From NCBI RefSeq assembly GCF_009914755.1, contig NC_060930.1: a stretch of DNA of 64,000 bases, one strand, 5' to 3'. Of the stretch, positions 44,701-57,754 are shown piece after piece. The notes beneath the pieces are model-generated. The model did not search any database. It was not told the origin of the DNA and saw only the letters and a program-made list of their open reading frames with translations. Made by a program: the position numbers and the translations under genes. The first letter of the stretch is position 1, and each line of letters begins with the position of its first letter. Source of the stretch: the human T2T-CHM13v2.0 reference genome, Homo sapiens.

Positions 44701-47700
44701 CTGCTGGATTCATTGATTTCTTTTGAAGGGTTTTTCATGTCTCTGTCTCCTTTAGTTCTACTCTGATCTTAGTTATTTTTTGTATTCTGCTAGCTTTTGA
44801 ATTTGTTTGCATTTGCTTCTCTAGTTCTTTCAGTTGTGATGTTAGGGTGTCAATTTTAGATTTTTTCTGCTTTCCCCTGTGGGCGTTTAGTGCTATAAAT
44901 TTCTCTCTAAACACTGCTTTAGCTGTTTCCCAGAGATTCTGGTATGTTTTGTCTGTGTTTTCATTGGTTTCAAAGAACATCTTTATTTATGCCTTAATTT
45001 CATTATTTACCCAGTAGTGATTCAGGAGCAGGCTGTTCAGTTTCCATGCAGTTGTGAGTTTCTTAATTCTGAGTACTAATTTGATTGCACTGTGGTCTGA
45101 GAGACTGTTATGATTTTCATTCTTTTGCATTTGCTGAGGTGTTTTTTTATTTCAATTATGTGGTCAATTTTAGAATAAGTGCAATGTGGTGCTGAGAACA
45201 ATGCATATTCTGTTGAATTCAGGTGGAGAGTTCTGTAGATGTCTATTAGGTCTGCTTGGTCCAGAGCTCAGTTCAAATCCTGAACATTCTGTTAATATTC
45301 TGTCTCGTCGATCTGTCTAATATTGACAGTGGGGTGTTAAGGTCTCCCACTGTTATTGTGTGGGAGTCTAAGTCTCTTTTTAGGTTTCTAAGAACTTTCT
45401 TTATGAATCTGGGTGCTTCTGTATTGGGTACACATATTTTTTGGATAGTTAGCTTTTCTTGTTGCACTAATCCCTTTACCATTATATAATGCTCTTCTTT
45501 GTTTCTTTTGATCTTTGTTTGTTTAAAGTCTGTTTTATCAGAGACTAGGATTGCAACCCCTGCTTTTTTTTTATTTCCATTTGCCTCATAAATATTCCTC
45601 CATTCCTTCATTTTAAGCCTATGTGTGTCTTTGCACATGAGATGTGTCTCCTGAATACAGCACATGGATGGGTCTTGACTCTGTCTAATTTTCTAGTCTG
45701 TGTCTTTTAATTGGGGCATTTAGCACATTTACATTTAAGGTTAATATTGTTATGTGTGTGTTTGATCCTGTCATTATGATGCTAGCTGGTTATTTTGCCC
45801 ATTAGTTGATGCAGTTTCTTCATAGTGTCAATGGTCTTTACAATTTGGTATGTTTTTGCAGTGGCTGGTACCGATTGTTTCTTTCCATGTTTAGTGCTTC
45901 CTTCAGGGGCTCTTGTAAGATGGGCCTGGTGGTGACAAAATCTCTCAGCATTTGCTTGTCTGTAAAGGATTTTATTTCTCCTTCCTTTATGAAGCTTAGT
46001 TTGTCTGGATATGAAATTCTGGGTTGAAAATTCTTTTCTTTAAGGATGTTGAATATTGTCCCCCGCTGTGTTCTTGCTTGTATTCTTCTGCCAAAAGATC
46101 CGCTGTTAGTCTGATGGGCTTCCTTTTGTGGACAACCCAACCTTTCTCTCTGACTGCCCTTAACATTTTTTCCTTCATTTCAACATTGGTTAATTGGACA
46201 ATTATGTGTCTTGGGGTTGCTCTTCTTGAGGAGTATCTTTGTGGTGTTCTCTGTATTTCCTGAATTTGAATGTTGGTCTGTCTTGCTAGGTTGGTGAAGT
46301 TCTCCTGGATAATATCCTGAAGAGTGTCTTCCAACTTTGTCCATTCTCCCCCTTACTTTCAGGTATAACAATCAAATGTAGGTTTGGTCTTTTTACATAG
46401 TCCCATATTTTTTGGAGGCTTTGTTTGTTCTTTCATTCTCTTTTCTCTAATCTTGTCTTCACACTTTTTTTCATTAAGTTGATTTTCAATCTCTGATATC
46501 CTTTCTTCCACTTGATTGATTTGGCTGTTGATACTTGTGTACACTTCACAAAGTTCTCGTGCTGTGTTTGTCAGCTCCATCAGGTCATTTATGTTCTTCT
46601 CTAAAATGGTTATTCTAGTTAGCAATTCACATAACTTTTTTTCAAGGTTCTTAGCTTCCTTGCATTAGGTTAGAACATGCTTCTTTAGCTTGTTCTAAAG
46701 AAGAATAAAGAGTTTGTTATTACCCACCCTCTGAAGCCTACTTCTTTCAATTCATCAAACTCATTCTCTGTCCAGTTTTGTTTTCTTGCTGGCGAGGAGT
46801 TGTGATCCTTAGGAAGAGAAGAGGTGTTCTTGTTTTTGGAATTTTCAGCCTTTTTGCTCTGGTTTTTTCTCATCTTCATGGATTTATGTACCTTTGGTCT
46901 TTGATGTTGGTGATCATCGAATGGGGCTTCTGAGTGGATGTCCTTTTTGCTTATGTTAATGCTATTCTTTTCTTTTTGTTAGTTTTCCTTCTAACAGTCA
47001 GGACCCTCTGCTGCAGGTCTGCTGGAGTTTGCTGGAGGTCCACTCCAGACGCTGTTTGCCTGGGTATCACCAGCAGAGGCTGCAGATCAGCAATGCCTGT
47101 TCCTCCCTCTGGAAGCTTTGTCTCAGATGGGCACCTGCCAGATGCCAGCTGGAGTTCTCCTGTATGAGGTGTCTGTTGACCCCTGCTGGGAGGTGTCTCC
47201 CAGTTAGGAGGTGTAGGGGTCAGGGATCCACTTGAGGAGTCCATCTGTTTCATAGCAGAGGTTGAATGCTGTGCTGGGAGGTTTGCTGCTCTCTTCAGAG
47301 CCAGCAGACAGGGGCATTCAAGTTTGCTGAAGCTGTGCCCACAGCCATCACTTCCCCCAGGTGCTCTGTCCCAGACAGATGGGGTTTTATCTATAAGCCT
47401 CTGACTGGGGCTGCTACCTCTTTTTTCAGAAATCCCCTGCCCAGAGAGGAGGAATCTAGAGAGGCAGTCTGGCTACAGTGGCTTTGCTTAGCTGCGGTGG
47501 CCTCAACCTGAGTCAAAATTCCCAGGGAATTTGTTTACACTGTGAAAGGACAGCCCCCTACTCAAGCCTCAGTAATGGTGGACACTACTCCCCCAACCAA
47601 GCTCAAGTGTCCCAGGTCAATTTCAGACTGCTGTGCTGGCAGTGAGAATTTCAAGTCAGTGGATCTTAGCTTGCTGGGCTCCAAGGGGGTGGGATCCACT

Positions 47701-48203
47701 GAGCTAGACCTCTTGGCTCCCTGGCTTCAGCCCCCTTTCCAGGGGAATGAACAGTTCTCTCCTGCTGGCATTCCAGGTGCCACTGGGGTATGAAAAGAAC
47801 TCATGCAGCTAGCTCAGTATCTGCCCAAACAGCCACCCAGTTTTTTGCTTGAAACTCAGGGGCTGGTGGCACAGGCACCCAAGGGAATCTCCTGGTCTGC
47901 GGGTTTTGAAGACCTTGGGAAAAGTGTAGTATCTGGGCCAGAGTGTACTGTTTCTTACAGCATAGTCCTTCATGGATTTTCTTGGCTAGGGGAGGGAGTT
48001 CCCTGATGTCTTGAACTTCATGGGTGAGGTCATGCCCCACCCTACTTCCGCTTGCCCTCTGTGGGTTGCACCCACTCTCTAACCAGTCCCAATAAGATGA
48101 GCTGGGTACCTCAGTTGGAAATGCAGAAATCACCCACCTTCTGCGTTGATCTCACTGGGAGCTGCAGACTGGAGCTGTTTCCATTCAGCCATCTTGCTAG
48201 CCA
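41730..48203 (-). mobile_element. Full-length LINE-1 (L1PA7-like), copy L1-5; ORFs disrupted
   Basis: 3'UTR ctttaagttctgggacacatgtgcagaacgtgcagg; 5' end TGGCTAGCAAGATGGCTGAATGGG; ORF1/ORF2 fragments. No clear TSD. Confidence 0.94.
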
Positions 48204-48527
48204 ATGTGCTTCTATACATTTTAATACATTTATGATAGCACTATCAAATAACACATTTGAAAGTCTGACTTTTGACTTGTAGCTGTGCTGCAATGAAATT
48301 ATATTCCATGATAGCATCTGGAAGATAATATTTATTCATAACTAAATACAAGCGGAATGCTTATTATTCTTTTCTATCTAACACTGTTGTAGAGGAGAGA
48401 AATGATCATGATAAGGGATGAGTATAGTATAGGTGAAGGGTTGCAGACACTGATAGTTTTTTATCCAATAGTCTTTTGCCTTGATAACAGAATATCTTTA
48501 TTTTTTTGATTTGCAATGTGATCAGCT

Positions 48528-49026
48528 TGTGGTAGGCAGAATAATGCTCACTTGCCTCTCCCCACCCCCACATCCCCCATCAAGACCACCACTTTCTAGT
48601 CCTGGGAACTTGTGAATATGTTTTTGTTTATGACAAAAGGGTCTTTACAGATGTGATTAAGGATCTTGAAATTGGGAGATAATTGTGGATTATCTGGGTA
48701 GACCCAATGTAATTGCAAAAGTCTTTTTAAGAGAAAACAGGAGGCAAGAGAGTCAGAGGAGATATGATGATGGAAGCAGAGGTTAGAGCAAAGTGAAAAA
48801 GGGATCATGAGCCTAGAAATGCAGGCAGCCTCTAAAAGATGGAACACACAAGGAAATTCTCCACTAGAGCCTTCGGAAGAAACTCAGCCCTTGCAACACC
48901 TTGATTTCAGTCCTGTGAAACTCATTTTGGACTTTGACTTCCAAAATTGTCAGCCAATAACTTTGTGTTGTTTTAGTTCACTACATTCATGGTAATTTGT
49001 TACACTAGCAATAGGAAACTAATGCA
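48528..49026 (+). mobile_element. MLT1D-like MaLR solo LTR
   Basis: tgtggtaggcagaataatg...gatgtgattaaggatcttga...ggtaatttgttacactagcaataggaaactaatgca. Confidence 0.82.
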
Positions 49027-49462
49027 TAGCCCTAGAAGATAAATCACAATTCATCTAAACAATTGTGGAAATTCCACTGACATATGCCAAGCTTTCCTTG
49101 AAGCTGTGTTGTCATGTGACTTGGCATGAAGGAAAGTCAGCTTGGGGTTGTTGAGAAAAAATTTTCTTTTATGATTCATCCATTTATCCTTTATCTCCTG
49201 CTCATGATGTTGGTTTAAGAATGTGATGTTTCAATCTGTAGCAGCAATTTTGGAACTCTGAGTTGACAGTCTACAGGTGTTAAAGTCTAAAAGCCTAAAA
49301 ACCAACACATCGAAGATACCACAGTGAAAGTCCCTTAATGACATTGCTGAACCATTGTACTAAATCTAGAACCAACTGTCTCCAGATTATTATATGTTAG
49401 ATGATTAACTGTCATTATTTCTTACACCAGTATTACAAGTGGAATCCAACTTGACTGATACA
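49027..49462 (+). mobile_element. Older MLT1 (J/K-like) LTR remnant, probable host of the MLT1D
   Basis: Degenerate motifs gtcatgtgact, gtagcagcaattttgg, gacattgctgaacc; ends tgactgataca. Confidence 0.45.
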
Positions 49463-50447
49463 TTTGGTATGTATGATGTGATAGATATAGTAGTTAATTA
49501 AAACTTAACCAAATATTTTCAATGAATCTCTTCAGATTTATTCTGTCCTCCATTCTGAGAAGACTGATTTCACATTAAACTGTCAAAAGACACAAAATCA
49601 ACTAAAAGAAAATTCGCCTTGCTAACAATTCTAATAAAAGCACACTTTTTTCGCCAGAAATTTGAGAGAAAAATATGAACTATACCTATTTGTTAGCTTT
49701 GTGTGCAAAGTAACAAGATTATGAACTAAATAGGCAAACATTTTGATGGCAAAATAAAAACCTGGCTGATATTTCACTAATTAGAGAACCAGGAAACTAG
49801 TGAGTACATAAAGTAATAATGGAATATTATAATATGTGAAACATTTAGTATAGTTAAAGTGAATCTGATGGCAAGGCATTAATTTACCAGCTTTGATTAA
49901 TTGTCTTCTGGCCTTACCTTCCATGCAGTGGAAAAATGTAGCAGTGGAAAATTGAGTTGTACTTAAATAATTTCAAGTCAATGAAGAACAGAATGGTGCA
50001 GTGAGAAATATTTAAATTATACTTTTAGATATGCAAAATCATTCATGAAGAAATTTAAAAGAATTTTAATTAATATCTGAACACTGTGATTTTCATTGGC
50101 TAAGGGAATAGCTAAGTTTATAGCTATAATTACAAACATAAATTGCTTTTCTTTCCTTCTGGATAAATAGCTTGACATGTTTATCTTGTGAATAACAGAC
50201 CTTTTAAAGTTAGGATTTTGAACTTTTTTTTCCCCCTTTCCTTTCTCTACCAGTCCATCAAGTCTTCATCCCATTATAATTTTTAAAAAAGAAGTCTAGA
50301 ATCTTTGGCATAGTATATGCTATATCTTTACATGTATGCTTAAAATCCAAGATAACTAGAGATAGAAAAGGGGCCATCTCTTCTTAATATCTCTGTCTCT
50401 TAAAATTACCAGTTATTAAGAACATTATCAGTTTTATACTGTTTTGA

Positions 50448-50759
50448 ATTGCTTAACAATGAGGCTACATTCTGAGAAATGTGTCACGTGGAGATTTTGT
50501 CATTGTTGAACATGATAGAATGTACTTACATTAGCCTAGGTGGTATATATATTTTTATTTATACATATATTTTTATCTGGAAAACCAAATTTCCAGCATC
50601 ATTACTAAATATCAATCATTTCCCCTACTTGATATGTGATGCCAAAATCAAGTGCAATAGATCAGGTTTTTATATATGCTCCACTATCATCTTATGAGGC
50701 CCCTGCTGTATATGTCATCTGTTGTTGACTGAAATGTTATTATGTAGTGCATGACTGTA
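50448..50759 (+). mobile_element. Tigger3/MER7-type DNA transposon remnant (both ends), central part replaced
   Basis: Left end ttgcttaacaatgaggctacattctgagaaatgtgtc...cctaggtggtata; right end gctccactatcatcttatg...ttatgtagtgcatgactgta. Confidence 0.75.
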
Positions 50760-51129
50760 TATTCGTAATTTAAAGAATCAAATAATTTCACAATTCTTAT
50801 AAGTAACAGCAAGCTCATTTCCTCCCCATTATTCCCTTTCTTCAAAAGCTACTATACTTTTCACCTCCTTAAGATGATTCTTATTTTACTATTTACCTCC
50901 ATGTATCTAAGAAACATATTTATATTACTACTTCTTTAACTTTTTAGACACTATCTATTGGTTTCTCACAGTAGAAAATGAAGCTTTAATGCTCTTCTCC
51001 CCGTCTCTCCCCCAATTCACATCTCCTCTATGTCTGATAGAGTTTCATCTGAGATCTTCTTTTGCCATTGTCCTTGGGAATCCTTTTGCTTGTTTTGCTA
51101 TTATTTTGTGTATCTCCACAATGCTCTTT

Positions 51130-51598
51130 CCTATTTTAATCCCTCATTTTAGTAGAGATACCTCTTGCGGTAGTTTTCTGAGAAAGAGTGCAATGGAGAC
51201 AATTTTTTAAAGAATTTGAATGCCTTTATTTTACTTTACATTTATTTTGACAGTTTGACTAGGTATAGGATTACAGGTTGAAATAATTTTCCTTGATAAT
51301 TTTGATCACAATTCCTTTTAGTTTTCGGTGTTGCCATTGATCAGTATGAAGCTGTTGTGTTTCCTGATCCTTTGTAGGTGATATTTTTTCCTTCCCCTGA
51401 AAGCTTGTTTTTGTTTTCAGTGTTCTAAAATTTTCCCTCTATTATTTTGGGTGGTTGGTGGGTCATTTCAATCTGTAAATTCTTTGTTTTCAGTTTTGGA
51501 AAATTTCCTTGTATTTTGTTTTCTTGTATTATTTCTCTGACTATTTACTTCCTCTTGTCTCTTTTGCAAGGATTCCTATTACTCGGATGTTAAACCTC
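51130..51598 (-). mobile_element. Ancient L1 (L1ME-like) fragment
   Basis: gacagtttgactaggtataggattacaggttgaaataattttcc and ttttggaaaatttccttgtatt resemble the L1M ORF1 region. Confidence 0.55.
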
Positions 51599-52113
51599 TG
51601 TCATAGCCAGTTTCTGAAATGACCCCCCACGATTCTTGAGTCTTGATATTCATGTCCTTGGGCAGTTCCCTCCAACACTGAATAGGAAGGCCAGTTTAAT
51701 TAACAAGATATTGTAAAAATGACAAAGCATGCCTTCTGAGGATAATTCATAAAGACATCGAAACTTCCACCTTGCTCCTTCTTGAATCATTTACCCAGAG
51801 CAAGTCAAATGTGGTGTTGTGAGGATACACAAGAAGTTCTGTGGAGAGAGATACACATGTAAGGAATTAAAAGCCCCCTGCCACATCTAGCACTAATTTG
51901 TTAGGCATGTGAGTATGCCACATTGGAAGAAAATCCTTCAGCTCCAGTCAAGAGTTCAGATGATTGAACCCCAACTGACATCTTGATTGCAACTTCAAGA
52001 CAGACTCTGAACTAGAACCACCCAGCTAAGGCATCCCTGGATTCCTGAACCATAGAAGCTGTATGAAATAAAATTTGGGGATAGTTTCTTGTGCAGCAGT
52101 AGAGAACTAATAT
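51599..52113 (+). mobile_element. MLT1F-like MaLR solo LTR
   Basis: tgtcatagccagtttctgaaatgacccc...tattcatgtccttg...gatagtttcttgtgcagcagtagagaactaata. Confidence 0.7.
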
Positions 52114-52144
52114 GACTGTGCTTGATATTCCAATTTTCATATTT

Positions 52145-52399
52145 AATGCTGGCTGTTGTCCTGGGACCTCAGCTCCTCTCCATGTGTGCCTCTTCATGTG
52201 ATCTCTCTGTGGTGCTAGTTTGGGGTTCCTTACAATAGCTAGGCCTCAAGAGTCATGCTGCATCATTTTTGTTGCATCCTATTCATTGAGGCAATTACAA
52301 ATTTCTACCCAGATTCAGGGAAAGTAGCAATGTTCTGAGACAGCATGTAGCCTTGGAAATATTGCTGTGGCCATTTTTGAAAACACAATATACAACACA
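52145..52399 (-). mobile_element. MLT1 (H/I-like) LTR fragment
   Basis: gctggctgttg...tcctctccatgtg...cccagattcagggaa...attgctgtggccattttt. Confidence 0.5.
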
Positions 52400-53198
52400 G
52401 AATCTGTAGTGAAACATTTGATTAGGACTCAAATTTAACTTTATGTCATTGGGGCCAACATTTACATGTTGGAGGATCTCAGCTTTTATATTTAAAAATT
52501 AAAATCAGTACTACCTTCATAATAATTAAAAAGAAAAGTTTCCATTCTATCCTCCACCTCCCTCTTTTCCCCCACTTTCAATTATTGCTACCTTTTTAAA
52601 TACAATATTGGTAAATTTAGACTCTAGTCATTTTGGCTATTTATTTTCTTTTTATCTTTTTCTTATTAAGTTTTTTTTTTCCTTTAGTTTGAGGGTATTG
52701 ACTGGTATGACAGCAGGGATCCTTGAACACTATATATTCAGGACTAATTGTTCTCATTTCTCTCATAAAATTATTTTTCTCTGAGCTATGAGGGACATGC
52801 AATCTTACAACTTGGTTTGTCTCTACTGAATTGTTTTAGTTGTTGTTAAATTGTTGAGCCACTTTTGTGTGCCTGCACAATGGGATCTCTATTTTTTCCA
52901 AAAATTAAGTTGAGCTTTCCCAGGCTGGCAGGTCTGTGATGACAATGTCACCCTTTATCTTTAGGAAGAACCAACCCTGAATTATTTATTCAACAGTGTT
53001 GTTTCCAAATCATCAATAGATGAAGTTGGCTTTAGAATTAGAGTAAACAATCAGGTGGCTAACTTGGAGTGTTAAGGCTGTTTTGCGAAAACAAAATCTT
53101 ATAAAAAAATCTGACAAAAAAATAAGGTAAAAAACTTAAATACTTGAAATTTTAGTTGATAATTAATTTGCACTCAGACTATATTAAAAACATTCTCA

Positions 53199-53543
<345 letters not shown>

Positions 53544-53909
53544 TTAAATGTAGCCTTCTCATGATTCAAAGAGCTTCTGGACTTACATTTAGATGACCCA
53601 GGCTTTCAAATGAAGTAAACTATTTTTATTCATTGAATTCATGTTACATTATCGGTAAAATAATTTTTTCCTTAAATGGAAGACTTCTGTCATCAAAGTG
53701 ATAGTTAAAATTGTAAGATTCAAAAAAGATTTTATAGATTTAATTTAAATATCCTTAAATAGTCTTTCTTGAATATTTAAATAGCCTTAAATAGCTTTTC
53801 TTGAATATTCCCATAGTTTCAAAAAGTTCTTATGAAAAGAAGGAAGTTTCTTATGAAAGAAGGAAAATCAAGAGGCTACACTTATAAAAATTAATTTTTC
53901 AGTTCTAGC

Positions 53910-55390
53910 TTAGTCATTCATTTACTGAGAGCCTATTCTGGGCTGGATTCTGAAGCAATGGAGAATGTGGAAGAGACAGTTTTATCAACAAGTTACTTCA
54001 AACCAATGTGACAAGTGCTTTAATGGAGACACGGAGGAAGTCAAAAGCATAGAAGCAAAGAGTACAATGATAGTTGCCAGAGGCTGGAGGGTAGAGGCAT
54101 GGGGAGATACTGGTTCAAATAAACCAACAACAGACCAACCAAAAAGAAACAAAGAAATATAGACTGGGTCAAACAAACAAACAAAAAGAAACAAAGACAT
54201 ATAGAAGAATGGGAGCACAGATGTAGGGAAATTGTTTGTCTAGGGGGTTAAAACATCCATAGAAGTGAAAAAAATGAATGGATTTTGGATGATGAAAATA
54301 ATTTACCTAAATGGAGAAGGGCATTTTGGAGAGGCAGAGACTGTAACTGTAAGTGACATTAAAAAGTAAAAAGAGATGGTGATATTAGAAAGGAGGTGAG
54401 TGTTTTATATATACAATAACAGAACACTGAGTGAATTTAAGGAAAGGAACCACATTCACAAATTGTATTTAAGGTAAATATTGGGAGGGAGATTGGATAG
54501 CATATAGACTGAACAATAAATGGGGAGTAATGGAGAAGAAACTGAGAAATAGTTTGTGAGTAGAATTAATGGAGGTTAGAGACTGAATTGGGGGGTCAAA
54601 GGAAGAATCCACCATTTAGTACTTAAAACAAAAAGATTAATTTGTTACTTGTTAAAGAAGAGGTTGCTGTGCTTGTATACAGTCTTTCTAAGCAAGCAAA
54701 TGGCTTTTAAGGAAGCATGGAGAGCATGAATTGTGAACTTCTTATTGGTAGGAATTTTAGAGATTGGTTGACTGTTAGCCAGGTAGGCATGGTTACTGGA
54801 GTGAAGCTGTCATTGATTGGTGACTTTGAGAAGCTGTCACTGAATGCCCTACTTTTGGAAGTGTGGTTTCTGAAGTAAGGTTGTCACTGATTGATTGGAA
54901 TGAGTTTAAAACTGATTCTAATATTACTTCTTCCTTTGACCAAAATATACTCTATCTTTCCCTTTTCTAAACTCAGAGAATGAAAAAGTTTTTTTCTAGG
55001 GGTTAAAATGGGAGAAGTAAAGGTCATCTTTAGTTTTTGCTAAACAGAATAAAGAGCCAGTGGATGATACAGGTGGGGAGAGGAGCAGACTAGACAGCAA
55101 GACACTGTGTTTTAGATGTGTTACTATGTATGTAAGACATCTGATAGGTAGTTGGAGATATGGAGGGCTTGGGAAAGAGGTTGGTCTTTGAGAGTCATTA
55201 TCATGTAGGAGAGCATTGAAACCTTGAAGAATGAAGAAGTGGCTCAGAAAGAGTTTGTAGAGTAATATATAGAAGTTGGCCTAAGACAAAATTGCAAATT
55301 ATTTGTAAAATAGGAGAGGAACTAGGAGACAGTAATTGGAGAAAGCAGAGGAGGAGAGTTTCAGTAATACAGAGCTGTCAATAGCAGGCT
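53910..55390 (-). mobile_element. Scattered ancient L2-like fragments (about 53910-54030 and 55060-55390) with a small L1M 3' fragment at about 54035-54115
   Basis: tcattcatttactgagagcctattctgggctgg; ttttagatgtgtt...aggtagttggagatatgg...ttgagagtcattatcatgtagg. Confidence 0.45.
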
Positions 55391-56899
55391 ATTTATATAT
55401 TAAAAAGATGTATAAAGAGTCCTTTGCTCTCTTCTGCAAGAGCCATTTTAATATAATTGTTGGCCTGAGAATCAGATTTAAGAGGCACCCAAACATTTTG
55501 GCTGTCAATTTTTGTTATAATGCTTCAATTTTTATTCATATGTCTTAGGTGATCATAAATCTTATCAATGTTTTCATGGTAGATGTATTCAACTCAACAG
55601 TTACTTATTAAGAACTTACTATCTGACTACTTTGTGTATTTTTACCTTGAAGTAGTTACTTTACTTCTTAAAAGATCATATCAAGTCCTTATGCACATAT
55701 ATTTCAACAATAAGGAGTTTATTTTTATACCATAATTAACTTGATAAGCAAAGATGAACGTTTAGATCTTAGTTAAAAGATGATCTGTGCAGTACAGTGA
55801 TACCTTATTAAAATGTGACTTTAAAGACTAAACAAATGGAGTCATATCACAAATTATTCCTAAAATATATGTATTAATGTACAAACTAAATAAAAATAAC
55901 TTTAAAAATAATAACATGATGAATGATATCCCTTAAGGGCAAAATTTTGTTTGGTATCATACTATCAATATTGTGCTATTAAACACTTTCTTTATACTTT
56001 TTTATTTATACTTCTTTAAATGGGAAATACTTGCCTTAATCCGTGACTTCTTTATGCTTTTCCCATAGTGAACATGTCTTTAATTTTGTATTCTATGGGC
56101 TTTCAGAACACCTGAATGCTCAGAATTTGCTACATAAATATTTGGCAATTAATCATCTGACCCATAAAGGGCAGTTTGACAATGACTCCTGCCCAGGTTC
56201 TTGTTATTCTTTGCCCTTTTCCAATATTTTTTTCTGATTAAATATGACTTCTTTACACTGGGATCATTTCCTGTCACTCATCTCAATTAGGAACTCCAAG
56301 GAAATAATTTCTTGATGTTGAGTATGATCTTTACAGTGAGTGCTATTTCTTTTCTCTCAGCAATACCTACTTTATAGCATGGAATGGAAATGTTTTTCTT
56401 TTGATTTTATCTTTTAGAATGTTTTAGGGAGGTATCCTTCTTCATTCTCTTCACCCCTTGGCTTGCCTCACTCCTTGAGGGCAGTGATTCATCTGGTTGG
56501 TGAAATGGGAGAACCTGTAAATCACTGGAACTCACATGTGGGAGGAAGCTGCTGCATTAGAAGATGGGCCTAGAGAGTCTTTGGGAGGCTCTTTCCTCCT
56601 TGTGTAAGATGGACCACAACTTCTAGGTGGCTGAGAATGGGTCTGCTCCATACTCTCAACTCTTCATGTGAATTTCTAAGATATAAACTTGAGATGCGGT
56701 GGTTAAAAACCCTTATTTTGGGTGTAGGTCCAAGCAGGATTAATTACTACATTATTTATCAAATCTAAGATGCTTTTCCCCCCCAGATTTTGAGGTATAA
56801 TTGACAAATAAAATGGTATATATTTAAGGTATGCAACTTGAAATTTTGATATATGTGTACATTGTGAAATGATCATAAGCTAATTAACATACGCATCAC

Positions 56900-57309
56900 T
56901 GATGTAGCTTGCATGTTTGTCCCCCTCCAAATCTCATGTTTAGATGTGATCCCCATTGTTGGAGGTGGGGCCTAGTGGGAGGTGTTTGGATTATGAGGGT
57001 GGATCCCTCATGAATGGCTTGGTGCCCTTCCCATGATAATGAGTGAGTTCTGATTCTATTAGTTCACTCAAGAGCTGGCCGTTTAAAAGAGTATGGCATC
57101 TCTCTTGCTCCCTCTGTCACCATGTGACATGCCTGTTGCCCCATCACCTTCTACCATGATTGTAAGCTCCTGAGGCCCTCACCAGAGGCAGATGGTGGTG
57201 CTTTTTATGCAGTTGGCAGAGCTGTAAGCCAAATAAGCCTCTTTTTTAAATAATATAAATTACTTAGCTTCAGGTATTCCTTTATCACAATGCAAAATGG
57301 ACTAATACA
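56900..57309 (+). mobile_element. MSTB-like MaLR solo LTR
   Basis: tgatgtagcttgcatgtttgtccccctccaaatctcatgt...ccctcatgaatggcttggtgccc...ggactaataca. TSD atcac (56895-56899 / 57320-57324, after a 10-bp junction duplication). Confidence 0.87.
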
Positions 57310-57754
57310 ATCTAGTACAATCACCTCACATAGCTAAGATTTTCTTTTCTTCTTTTTTATTGGAAGAGAACACTTAAGATCTACCCTCTTAGTGAATTTC
57401 AAATATACAACACTGTATTGTTGACTACAGTCACCATGCTGTACATTAGATATCCAGAAATTATTCAACTGGCATAACTGAAACTTAGTTCCCTTTGACC
57501 AATATCACCTTATTACTCCCTCCTCTAGCCCTTGGCAACCACTATTCTACTCTCTGCTTATGTGAGATTGATTATTTAAAATTCCACGTATAAGTGAGAT
57601 CATATAGTATTTTTCTTTCTGTGCCTGGCTTAATTTATTCAGTATAAGGTCCTCTAGGCTCATCCATGTTGTCACAAAAAAAGATGAATAATATTTCATT
57701 GTGTATATGTGTGTGTGTGTGTATACACCCACCACATTTTCTTTATCCATTTAT

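Noticed and set aside
53745-54205. Small local direct repeats (ccttaaatag...gaatatt; ttcttatgaaa..gaaggaa; aaaagaaacaaaga.atataga)
   Set aside because: Ordinary slippage duplications in AT-rich DNA with no further structure.
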